Source of the DNA: Glaucostegus cemiculus
Lineage: Eukaryota
Direction of reading: 5' to 3'
DNA length: 64,000 nt
Assembly: GCA_976551045.1 (NCBI GenBank)
Contig: CDPCPM010000281.1
Coordinates: 3,038,001 to 3,102,000, forward strand
This document shows positions 51,209-62,584 of this stretch, in pieces; positions within the stretch are counted from its first letter, which is position 1, and each line of letters begins with the position of its first letter. The notes below the pieces were generated by a model. The model was not told the DNA's origin. It was given only the letters and a program-made list of their open reading frames with translations, and did not search any database. The position numbers were made by a program, and so were the translations under genes.

Positions 51209-51734
51209 TTGGCCATCTCCACATTCCAAGTGGCTGTAAGGTTTTCTTTTGGCCCTGGATTATTCTTTTCCCTTTGTTAGGGTCTTAAATTCAGGGTAGG
51301 AAAGAGGATCACCCTGAGTTTAGTATTAAATTATTTTGTTGAAGCCAAACATGCGAGAGGTGCAGGAGAATGGAAACTGGGTCTCAGCGTTCTTATTTTG
51401 CAGGGGCAAGTATGGGATCAATGTCCTGCAAATAAAGGACGCTTGAAAAATATCTGCAGAAATTTTGCTTTGTGCTACAGTTAATGTAAAAAAGCTGTAG
51501 TCCACTTAATTAGGGAAGTGATGAGATTAACGCCACTTTTAAGCTCCCTCTGGTGAATCTGGGCAAACCCAGGCCAGTGTGAATTAAACAATGGCTGCTA
51601 CCGAAAGATTTAGCTTAAGAGCGAAATGTTTCATTGGAGCCAGAAAAATCAGGGATGTTGCTCTGATCCCACAGTATCCTAGTGAGTACTGCCCACCTCT
51701 ATTATTAATGATCCATTCTCTCACTCCCTAGTTT

Positions 51735-52699
51735 GATTTAGAGGAAGGCATTGAGAATAGCATTAGCAAGTTTGCTGACGATACAAAGTTGGGTGGGAGT
51801 GCAACAAGTGTAGAGGAAGTAAGGAAAATTCAAAGGGACTTGGATAGGTTGGGTGAATGGGTGGAAACTTGGCAGATGAAGTTTAATGTGGAAAAGTGTG
51901 AGGTTATTCACTTTGGGAACAGGAACGGAAAGGCGAATTATTTTCTGAATGGTGTGGAGCTTGGCAAGGGGGAAAAACAAAGGGATTTAGGAGTATGTGT
52001 GCATCATTCACTGAAAGTGAATGAGCAAGTACAGCAGGCAGTAGCGAAGGCAAATGGAATGTTGGCCTGTATTACAAGGGGAATTGAGTACAAAAGCAAA
52101 GAGATTCTTTTGCATTTGTACAGGGCCCTGGTGAGACCACTGCTGGAGTATTGTGTACAGTTTTGGTCTCCGGGATTAAGGAAGGATATCCTGGCTATAG
52201 AGGGTGTGCAGCGTAGGTTCACAAGGTTAATTCCGGGGATGTCAGGACTGACTTATGCTGAGAGGTTGGAGAGACTGGGTTTGTACACGCTAGAATTGAG
52301 AAGATTAAGAGGGGATCTGACTGAGACTTATAAGATTATTAAAGGTTTGGACAGGATAGAGGTAGGAAGTATGTTCCAGATGTTGGGGAAATCCAGGACC
52401 AGAGGGCATAAGCTAAGAATTAAGGGTATGCCATTTAGGACAGAAGTGAGGAGAAACTTCTTCTCACAAAGGGTGGTAAATCTGTGGAATGCACTGCCTC
52501 AGAGGGCAGTGGAGGCCAATACACTGGGCACTTTCAAGGAAGAGTTAGATAGGTTTCTTATAGATAGGGAAATCAGGGGATATGGGGACAAGGCAGGAAC
52601 AGGTTATTGATCAGCCATGATCTCAAAATGGCGGAGCAGACTCGAAGGGCTGAAAGGTCTACTTCTGCTCCTATTGTCTATTGTCTATTGTCTATTGTC
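51735..52699 (+). mobile_element. CR1 LINE, 5'-truncated, with uninterrupted ORF2 C-terminus (51735-52610), 3' UTR and (CTATTGT)n tail
   Basis: Open frame DLEEGIENSISKFADDTKLGG..IQRDLDRLGEW..WQMKFNVEKCEVIHFG..LYRALVRPLLEYCVQFWSP..LRRLRGDL..FFSQRVVNLWNALP, the classic CR1 RT C-terminus including the FADD motif. Four CTATTGT units at 52671-52698. Confidence 0.95.
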
Positions 52700-53402
52700 A
52701 TGCTACTAGCACATAAGTGACCTGAAATTCACCTCTTTTAACTGGGCAAGCTGGCTGTGATTGCATAACATGCACAGGGAGCTCACACGATTACCATTAA
52801 AGGAATTTGAGTCCTAACTTTGAACTGGACCCTGACCTGCCTGGCTTCTGGGGTCCACCTCTGCATTCAGAGTCAATCTCAGCTCCTGAAACAAGCCTCA
52901 AGCAATTTAGACTCAAGTTATCTGCCTGGAACTCATCCTGGACAGTATACATTCACAGAGAATCAAAGAAGAAAGTAGAAGCCAAAAGAACAAGCCCAAT
53001 TTCCTCATAGGAGTTTGTTCTGGTAGATGGAATTTGTAAGTTCTAAGAGACAAGCCTGAAATTTCTATTGCTGCCTCTTAACCCTATTTCTGTTCACACC
53101 CACTCATCTTATCGCACATGATGAATCTTTCCAGCCTGAGCATAAATAACCTGGTTGTCCTAGACACAGTGGGCTGAAGTCTCTGTTGCTGTCAATGGAT
53201 GAGAATGATGGAACATCAAGTGTTTCAATAGGACTGGGTCAAAGTTTTGTTGTTGTGTTTGAAGCCGTGCCAAGATGAAGGATTCTAGATAATTGTACTG
53301 GTGGAACAGATCTATGCGTGGATGTGTTTTGTAGGGCAATCAGTACAAGTTTCTATTATTTTTTGAATATGAAAGGAGTCATCCAACAATAGTACAGGTT
53401 CT

Positions 53403-53617
53403 AAAAACAAACTGCTGGAGGAATTCAATGGGTCAGGCAGCATCTGTGGAGGGAACTGGACAGTCGTCATTTCAGATGGAGATCTTTCAACTGATAGGTC
53501 TCAACCCAAAACATTGACTGTCCATTTCCCTCCACAGATGCTGCCTGACTCGCTGAGTTCCTCCAGCAGCTTGTTTTACTTTACTCCAGATTCCAGTATC
53601 TGGAGTCTCTTGTGTCT
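53403..53617. mobile_element. Penelope-type inverted-repeat element
   Basis: Arms ~53411-53466 and ~53514-53570 are reverse complements around a decayed core ctgataggtctcaacccaaaacattgactg. Confidence 0.75.
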
Positions 53618-53904
53618 AAAACAGTTACAGATTCTTCTCTCTAATTCACTACCCATCTTAGTTATAACCTTGGGAGGACTGTTTATGTTTGGATCTGTTT
53701 CGCCAATGAGAAAGGTGAACCTTTTTTTGTGCATGTCTCAGAGAGCTCCTTCCTCACAGTGACATCACTGGTGATGTTGGTTGGAGATGGTGCATTTAAC
53801 CAACAGATTTATTGAAAGGAGCAAAGGGAAACAGAATAATTTATGAGCAGGGAGATTATGCTGCAATGGTACGCAACACTAGTGACGCCACAGTTTGAGT
53901 ACCA

Positions 53905-54395
53905 CTAGAATTTTGTGCCACGACCTTACAGGACATATATGATTACATTGGAGGGGGGACAGAGGAGATTTGCAAGGATGCTGCCTGGGTTGGAAGATTT
54001 TAGCTGAGAGGAAAGATTAGATAAGCTGAGCTTGTTTTCATTGGAACAGAGGGAAGGCAATTGAGGTGTATAAAATGATGAGGGCTTAGATAAGAAGTTC
54101 TTTCCTTAAATGGAGGGTCAAAAATGAGAAGGCATAATTTTAATGAAATTGGCAGGAGGGTTAGAGGGGAAATGAAAATGTTTTTCATCGAGAGAAGTAG
54201 GTAGCTGGAATTCACTGTCTTGAAGGGTTGTGGAGATGGAAATACTCCTCACATTTAAAAAGTGCTTGGATGCGTTGTTGAAGAGCTGTATGGGTATGGA
54301 CCTGGTGCTGAAAGTGGGATTAGGCTGGGTGGCTCCTTTTAGACTGGCATAGATATGATGAACTGAATAGCTCCTTCTGTGTTGGTGAATTCTCT
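53905..54395 (+). mobile_element. Degraded CR1 3' fragment
   Basis: Colinear with the 3' part of the CR1 at 51.7 kb (cagaggagatttgcaaggatgctgcctgg; gaggtgtataaaatgatgaggg; gaatagctccttctgtgttg). Confidence 0.8.
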
Positions 54396-55049
54396 ATACC
54401 CCTTAGCTGACTGGGCTAAAATGAGCGGGATGTGCACATTATCACATTCCTCTTGGCATCGCTCCATGCTGCAGCCATTCTCACTCTGGGTGTAAACCTT
54501 GTGCCAGGATCTAACAATTTCATAAGCCTGCTGCTTCACAAGACCCTCCTGATCTATTCCTCTCTGTAAATCTGGGAGCTCCCTCTCTGTCCCCTGCAGC
54601 CTCTCTCTCCTTCGTGTTAGCTACAATGTGTGTTGCTGCTCTGTGACTGCCATGGGGAACGTGCGTTTAAGGGCTGATGGCCTTCTCAGCTTGTTGTGCA
54701 GCAAAGTGTTGGCAGCTGTGTTCAGATGAGCCTGGTCCTGTTGGGATCACTCAGCCCTTGATCTAGTGCTTGTTTCTGGGAGTAAACCACTCTAACACTG
54801 ACTCAAATGCCTTTTTGATCAAGTTTGTGATTTTTTGATGAGGGTCCAATTTGGCAATGGTATTAAATGGAAAAATGCATCAAAAAAAGCTGTCATGCAA
54901 TTCCAGGCAACAGAAACTATACAGATAGGATACAGAAACTCACCAAAGAACTAAAAGAGCTGTACATTGCAGTTTAGAACAATTATTTTTCTTAAGGTGT
55001 AATGGGGGACAAATATACCACAGTTCACCAAAGTTCCTTTGACAGTATT

Positions 55050-55285
55050 TACAAAGACGACGACCTCCACCATCCAGAAAGACAAGGGCAAGGGGTGTAT
55101 CAGGGATCAATTTCCTCTCCTGATTACACAGTGCATGACCTGGAAATTCCTCATTGTCTTTTCAGTTGTTGGGTCAAAAACTTGGAAATCTGTACCTACT
55201 GCAGTGTAGGAGTCATGTGGAAGGTAGGTTACATCACCTTATTATAAGCAATAAGGAATGGTCTTAACCAGCTACTCCTACATCA
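55050..55285 (+). mobile_element. Old LINE 3' fragment
   Basis: Shares motifs with 62800-62895 and 63100-63295 (ccatc..gaa.gac.agggcag; gggtcaaaa..tggaa..c; gcaataa). Confidence 0.5.
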
Positions 55286-57084
55286 GATAACGTATGATGT
55301 TGTATGAAACGTGATTAATTTGTGTTATGGAGAATAGTGACATTAGTATGTGAAATGCTTTGATTCCCAATGTGTTTTATTTTGAACAAATTAATATTTT
55401 TCATAAAAAGTCAGAATTTGTTAATAGTTTCCCTACTCTTCAGTCTCTTCTTCTCTCCCTCTCTTTTGCTTCTCACTTTGAGGCTCAGTCTTTTCTTTCA
55501 CTCTCATTCAGATCCTCTGCCTCTGATCCCTGCTAATGGTTCCTCTGCTTTTTCTGACTTACAGTGTTTGCAATGGGCTACAGTACCATTAGCATTACGG
55601 ACTCTTAGCAATCCTTCCTGTGATTAATTTTCAAATATCATGTTGGATATGTTGTTAAACAAGTTTAAAGTACTCCAATTACTTTCATGTTTAATATATT
55701 GTATGAAATGGCCCTCAACTTAAATAATTAGTTAATCCATGTTCACATTTTGTCCTATAAATATTTCAGAATTAAAGCTTTCTGAGAATAAATCAAAGTG
55801 TAAATTCTGTCTGCATCTTATAAATGTTTAACAATAGGTCTACCATTATTTCAGTGTAATATTGATTTAAAAATAATTATATTATCTTTATTTAAAAGAT
55901 TGTTTATGAATATAGCTAGATAATTTATTTTTCAGCAGAGTAACATGTACTTATTTAACCAAAGGGGCAATTATTTCAAAACAAGCTCATTTATTATATG
56001 GATTTAATATAGTTGTGGTGACCAACCTCTATTTGTTGCCATGGGCTTTGAACTCTAAAACATAAAACTTACAGTGAACTAGATTCACTTGTTAGTAATG
56101 TCTGTGAGTTTAGGATTTATTCCTGTCCGTAACACATCATTATAAAGATATGATTGAATATATATTCATAAACAGCAGCATCTTTATATTATATTCAATT
56201 TCAGAGTCTATTGTGAAGTAATATAAGGAAATACTTTGTTAGTGTTGTTTTTAGGTGGACCAGCGGAAGCTGCTATGGTGCTGTGTTGTGCTGCGTGACT
56301 GCATCACTCCAGTGACCTCGTCTTTACATTGCAAAATCAGTTGATCAGCAGCAACCATCCTATCAACTATGCCCCAGGGCTCCCCTGCTCAGTGACAGAA
56401 ACCCTTTGTCTAAGGAATCGCTGGTAGAGTCATTTCTGTGGCAATGAGCCTGCTCAACAGCACCAGCTTTACTTCAGATTAATTGATAGAAAAATCCTTT
56501 TATGAAATGCAGATCATAGGCATTAGATTAAAAGCACACCCCAAACATCATTTGCTTTTGCCAATGGAAACATTTTAGATGAGATTTGATCTTGCTTTTA
56601 TTGCTAAGGTACTTCAGCAAAAGAAAACTGTGGCTTTCTGAACTACCGCACAGACAATACAGTCAGACATTAGTAAAGTACAATATCTGCCCTCCATTGC
56701 TTTGTAATAACTGCAAATTAATTATAAATTTGTTATTAGAGAAAATATTCCATTTGTGTTCAACTGTCAATAAGTTATTGGCATCAATAATAAATATGGC
56801 ACAAAAATCTTCAAAGCGTGAGTTTCCAGCTCTTTAAAAAATTATTTAAATGAAGATTTCTCATGAAGAAGCCCAGAAACGATTGCCGGTGTTATTAGTT
56901 GACATTTGCTTGAATTGTCATAATACTTCTGTCTAGCTGCTATTTTGATGCACAACTAACCCTTTAATCTTAAATAGGTTAATGGCTCTGCTAAAATAGC
57001 AGATAAAAAGGAAAGTCAGCTAAATGTATTGAAGGTTTGCATGCTAATATTGAGACCTAAGTATTAATAATATATTCTTAGATA

Positions 57085-57380
57085 ATCTAAGAATATTGGA
57101 ATACTTTGCAGACAAATTAAATGGAGAGTAGCGAGGCTATGAGAAATTTATTAAGGTGATACCTGAGATGAGAAGTTTTTATTATGAAAAATAAGGAAAG
57201 AAATTGGGGTTCTTTGCATTATGTCAAAGTCCAAGAGATGATCTAATAGAGATGTTAAAAATTGTGAGAGGTTTTAACAGTTAGCAAATTCGCAAGCTCC
57301 ATAAGACATTCAGAACTCAGAAGGGTTAAGTAGATCATGGGCATGATGGGCTGAATAGCCTCTTGTGCAAAACAATTTAA
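57085..57380 (+). mobile_element. Highly degraded CR1 3' fragment
   Basis: gagatgatctaatagagatgttaaaaattgtgagaggtttt and the tail gggcatgatgggctgaatagcctctt. Confidence 0.6.
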
Positions 57381-58384
57381 TGATGCAACTTGAAATAATG
57401 TTCTGAATTTGACAATAAAGCATTTTCAATGTGCTATAATCTGTGTATGGATTTTTTGTGACACTTTGGAGTCAAGCATAAAACTTGATTAAAAGTATAT
57501 CCTCCTTTGGGAGCCAATGCATCAGAGTGGTGGTTACTAAAAAAACCTCAGTTGCTTTTTCCAAAACCAAATCCTTTGTTTTTTCTCTAGTTATCTGTGG
57601 TGCCACAAAACCAATGGGAAGGAGTGAGGAGAGTTGAGGTGTTGAGTAGAAGAAAGGTAAACAGAGGATAGAGGTAATTAGGAGTTTAGTGAGAGAGAAG
57701 GCAAATGGCAGCAAAAGAAGCCAACAATCTAGATGGGAGAAGCAAATGGGAAAGGCGACTGCTGATGCCATTTGCTATATTGGATGCTCATATAGTCATG
57801 TTATCTCTACAAAATAGGTGCAGCAAAGATGAATTTCCTGGTAAGTGACTATCTGTACAACAGGGCTGATTTTATGGCCCCTGTTTTCGGGCACCAGACA
57901 TACAGAGCTGTTATGAACTGAATTCGTTTGCATATTCCAGTGCAGGTTATTTACTTGGTGTGGTCTAGTGCAGCAACCATCTTTGGAGAGGTATGACACA
58001 AGCTGGGATTGAATGGTTGAGGGCTGCTAGCCATTGTTCTACTAGCTCTGATGCTTGGTCAGGAATATTGGATGTTCATCTCCAGCTGCCTTATGGAATA
58101 ATGAACAGTTATAGGGCCTACAGTTCACATCATTTGGGCACTCCTCAAAATGGCTGCCTTGTTAATGAACAGAGAGGAAAATAAGGAACCTTACTTAGAT
58201 CAATTAACCTGTCTGAAAGTACAGAGCAAGCCCAAAAGTTCCTGGTGCACCAGAGTGGGAGATGCAGATCTGTTGATATGGGTCCTTTTCCCAAAGAATG
58301 CACATTCTTTGGATGCCAGTTCAGAAAAAAATGTACCATCCAATAATACATTGCAATAGAAAACTATGCCACCAAAGCTATAAC

Positions 58385-59130
58385 CAACATGAGTTGCATA
58401 TTTAAAATTGGGATTGATAAATATTTGTGAATGCAGAAATGGGAAACGGAAGGAATGGTGGGGAATCAGTCATATCTTATTGAACAGCAGAGCAGGCCAG
58501 AAGGGATATGTGCCTGCTTCTGCTTCCATTGTTTATGTTCTTCCTATCAATCCTACAGTTTGGGGTTTAAGTGCAATCTGACCCGTTCATCAATGGATTC
58601 AGAGTTATGCAGCACGGGAACAAGCCCTTGAGCTCAACTCGTCCATGCTGTCCGAGATGCTGGGAATGGAGGGACGTGGATCATGTGCAGCCCGATAGGT
58701 TTAGTTTAAGTTGGCATCATGGTCGGCACGGACATTATGGGCTGAAGGACATGTTCTTTATCATCATCATCATCACCAGGGAGGAGGTACAGAAGCCTGA
58801 AGACGACACACTCAATGTTTCAGGAACAGCTTCTCCCCCTCCACCATCAGATTTCTGAACGGTCCATGAACCCATGAAAACTACCTCATTATTCCTCTTT
58901 TGCACAATTTATCTATTTGTGTAACTTACAGTAATTTCTGTGTTTTTATGTCTTGCACTGTACTACTGCTGCAAAACAACACACTTCATGATATAGGTCA
59001 GTGATAATAAACCTTATTCAGATTTTAATTCTGATTTCTGTGCTGTACTGTTCCATGTTCTATGTCTATCTGAGATAATCTCATTTGCCTGATTTTGGCC
59101 CTTATCTCTCTAAACCTTTCCACTCTAAGT
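58385..59130. mobile_element. Cluster of nested retroelement 3' ends (CR1-type on both strands plus Rex1-like)
   Basis: CR1 tail ~58385-58545. Minus-strand CR1 tail split at ~58600-58659 and ~59065-59125. Plus-strand CR1 tail split at ~58660-58757 and ~59036-59064. Rex1-like 3' end ~58775-59035, similar to 47950-48198. Confidence 0.75.
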
Positions 59131-60433
59131 AACATTGTAGCAGTTTCAGTTACAGAAGCATCTAAACTGAATACAACTAAATATCAAATTCTGCTAAAAA
59201 CCAATTCATGCCAGAAGGCACATCTTTCTCATTTGGCAAGCAGTCACAAACACAACAATTTGAAAATCTGAATATTCAGTGTCCAAGCCCGCTGCTGAAT
59301 TTGACTGTATCATAAATAATATAACTCTTAGCCAGCTGAATAATTTAGTCAGAATACACAGTCAAATTTTATCTTGTTTTCTCAATTAATATCCTCCTGT
59401 TTTAACTCAATGCTAACTGGTCTTACCACCATTATTGCTGAAGAGTATGGTATATTGGTGGGAATGAGTGCAATGTTTGTTCCAGCAATGCTACACTATA
59501 ATGTTGTGGTGATATGTCATGGTGATAAACCTCAAACATGAAGAATACCTTTATCAGTGGTAATTACACAATAAAAGTAGGGCTAACAGATCCATTTCAC
59601 TAATTAACTATGCAGATTGTGTGGAAAGAATTCTTCTGAGTATCTATTAATTGTATTTGTTCAGGTCCACTTACTTCGACACGGTTGTTGTGCTCACACA
59701 CAAGCCAGTCTTGGAATGCTGGATGCAGGATTTGTCAGTGTAGCTAGTTTCACACTGTACTTTGGAGAAACTATTTGCCAAGCAGCAAGCTGGTTAACAT
59801 CTGGTGATCTCGAAGGTGAGCTAATCTTTACATGGACTGTTTAATGACTTTCATTTCCTACTGTAGTTAAGGTAATTGTATCAAACAGAAACAGAGAGAA
59901 AACTTCTACTGTTTGCTTAAGTACTGTATAGCAGCTATACAAAATAAATATTGAATCAGTGTTGTATATGTGTGATATTTTAAAAGTGTTCCATCATGGC
60001 AGACACAAGACCACAATTCAATCATAAAATCATTTAATGATGTTGTACTTAAGGAGGAAATTCAGTCCACTGTGCATAAACTTGTCTCATGAAAGAACAA
60101 TCCATTTATTCACAGCCCTGTGTATTGGAGATCCCCAAATGGTCGGTGAGTAAATAAGCCTGAGACATATAGGGTGATCCCAGGTCTGGTTTCTGATCTT
60201 TATTGAATTGGTAAATTGGTTTATTATTGTCACATGTACCGAGGTACAGTGAAAAACTTTGTTTTGCATGGCATCCTTGCTGTCATACAGATCAATTCAT
60301 TACAACAGTGCATCAAGGTAGTACAAGGGAAAACAATAACAGAATGCAGAAAAAAAATGTTACAGTTACAGAGAAAGTGCAGTGCAGGAAGAGAATAAGG
60401 TGCAAGGCCATAATTAGGCTGATTGTGAGGTCA

Positions 60434-60647
60434 CCATGCACAAAATGCTGGAGGAACTCAGCAAGTCAGGCAGCATCTATGGAGGGAAATAAACAGTTGA
60501 CTTTTCATCAGTCCTGATGAAGGGTCTCGACCCGAAACATCGACTGTCTATTTCCCTCCATAGATGCTGCCTGACCCGCTGAGTTCCTTCAGCATTTTGT
60601 GTATGTTGCTCCAGATTCCAGTATCTGCAGAATCTCTTGTGTCATCA
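60434..60647. mobile_element. Penelope-type inverted-repeat element with 13-bp target-site duplication
   Basis: Arms 60438-60500 and 60540-60602 are reverse complements with few mismatches. Flanked by gattgtgaggtca (60421-60433) and gattgtgaagtca (60648-60660). Confidence 0.8.
60509..60546 (+). ncRNA. Minimal type I hammerhead ribozyme motif
   Basis: CAGTC | CTGATGA | A | GGGTC-TC-GACCC | GAAA | C-ATC | GACTG: stem I CAGTC/GACTG, core boxes CUGAUGA and GAAA, a stem II hairpin, an NUH triplet and a vestigial stem III. Confidence 0.75.
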
Positions 60648-62584
60648 GATTGTGAAGTCAAGAATCAATCTTATCTTACCGGGAGCCATTCAATAGTCTT
60701 ATATCAGTGGGATAGAAGCTGTCTTTGAGCATGGTGGTATGTGCTGTCAGGCTTTTGTATCTTCTGCCTAATGGAGAAGAGAGAATGTCCAGGGTGGGTG
60801 GGGTCTTTGATTATGTAGGCTGCTTGACCAAGCCAGTGGGAAGTGTAGACAGAGTCTATGGAGGGGTGGCTGGTTTCTGTGATGTGCTGAGCTGTGTCCA
60901 CACTCTCTGAAGTTTCTTGTGATCTCGAGCAAAGCAGTTGCCGTACTAAACCGTGATGCACTCATTGGTCTTCGCAGAAAGCACATTTTTTTTGTTCATA
61001 GAGAATTTCAATTGTTTTTGAGCTTTGGGCAGGATCAGGGTTCCATGCCTTCCATTGTGGAATAGCCCATTGACATTCTTCACTTTGCCTTTCACATGAA
61101 TAATGACCACTTGAGTGAAGTATTAGAGGGTTATTGGTGCCTGTAGAACTATATCCCAGAGGAGTCTTCAGGAGAAAGACAAAACAAAATCTATATCTTG
61201 CCAAATATGACACTGAGAGCATTAGGAAAAAGGTTAAAATAGAGCAAAAGCATTTTGGCATCAATGCTTTCTGTAAAACATAGTCCATACCTGCCTCCCT
61301 ATCCAAACATAATTATTTGTTCATCTTTGGATTTCTGCCCTGGTGCGCAGATTTGCTGTGACACTGGTTTTAAAATCATAGCAATAGATGGCCGGCAATT
61401 AGGCTGTGTGTGTGGCTTTTCCACGGAACAGGGAAGGCTGCCATCAGTAAGAGAAAGGGGGTGCTTGAGGTGAAAGGACCCAGGAGACACTGGGCCTGAA
61501 ATCTCATGATGATGATTGATGTAGGCTTTGTACTGACTTCTGACACCTCTGCTGAAAATTAAAAGCCTATTTTGTATGGTAATAACAACACTTCACTTTG
61601 ATATAGCCTCAGTATCTGATACAGGCGTCTAAGAGGCTGCTATTTAGTAGTATTATCTCCTGAGGGAAGCAACCATTTGGTTTGAATGATAGAAAAATGA
61701 TTACAAGCAGATTGTAAAAGCTCAAATGAAAAACACACATTGTATCAGCATTGTACATTATCATTTTTAGATATAGGTGACTTGTTTATTATACCAAAAA
61801 GTAAACATATTATCACACTGTAATGCTTATGAAAACTGGGAAATCAAAGTGGCAGTAAACCAACGACACACTTTACATAAAGTTCATTGACAAATTAACA
61901 TATTGACTCAACTTGATCTAAATCACAGTGATAATCAACATTTTATTTTCCTGAATCACAATGCCAATAGAGATTTCACAATAGTACTAAGCAGCTTAAT
62001 CAGAAGTCCTTTTCCATTATCTGTTTCTCTATCAGAAAAGCCAGGAGAAAATATACTTTCCAGTACAAAAGAAAGCACGGACCAGGCAGTGTGAAGCCTC
62101 TGCATTCCTCTCACTTAAATGGGAAAGAAGAGCTGATTTCAAATTGTGTTGGCAGGTGTTTGTGGTCACTGGTTATCAGTATATAGACTTTGGGAATTCT
62201 ATGCATAAATAATGAAGCGAAAAACTTTAAAAATCACCCAGGGCTGCAAAAAACCTCCACACATTCCACTTCCCATTCAAATGAGCAAATCTTTCTTCAC
62301 AAGACTGGATACAATGGGTATCTCAATGTTCAGTGTCTATTAACTCACCAGGTATCATTTACGGGAAATCAACTGCATTGTATCGTAAACCAGACATCAA
62401 CTGGGCTGGGTTAGACCAACGAAGGGTGTAGGAAAATAATTAAGAGACAACACTTTTGTATTTCTAGGCATTTCTCTAAATCTTTTGCACAATATCTCCT
62501 GCTAGACATTTATCCACCCTTGTCATTGTTATTCAGGAAAATAGAAGTTGATTGTCACTGTGACTATATTTGGCCCAGTCAAAT

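Larger units (their letters stand above)
60200..60962 (-). mobile_element. Rex1/Babar-like LINE 3' portion interrupted by a Penelope-type insertion
   Basis: Minus-strand peptide VDTAQHITETSHPSIDSVYTSHWLGQAAYIIKDPTHPGHSLF matches the clade's C-terminus. Tail aattggtaaattggtttattattgtcacatgtacc lies at the left end. Confidence 0.8.

Noticed and set aside
51543-51557. CTCF-like motif TTCACCAGAGGGAGC (minus strand)
   Set aside because: It has mismatches to the core and cannot be separated from chance without PWM scoring or ChIP data.
51789-52610. 273-aa ORF as a host gene
   Set aside because: It is the C-terminal part of CR1 ORF2, with a TTG pseudo-start, 5' truncation and a retroelement tail.
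259-60647. Recurrent repeat arms as a CRISPR array or prokaryotic system
   Set aside because: The copies are dispersed and inverted rather than regularly spaced, there are no cas-like ORFs, and the DNA is intron-containing vertebrate sequence.
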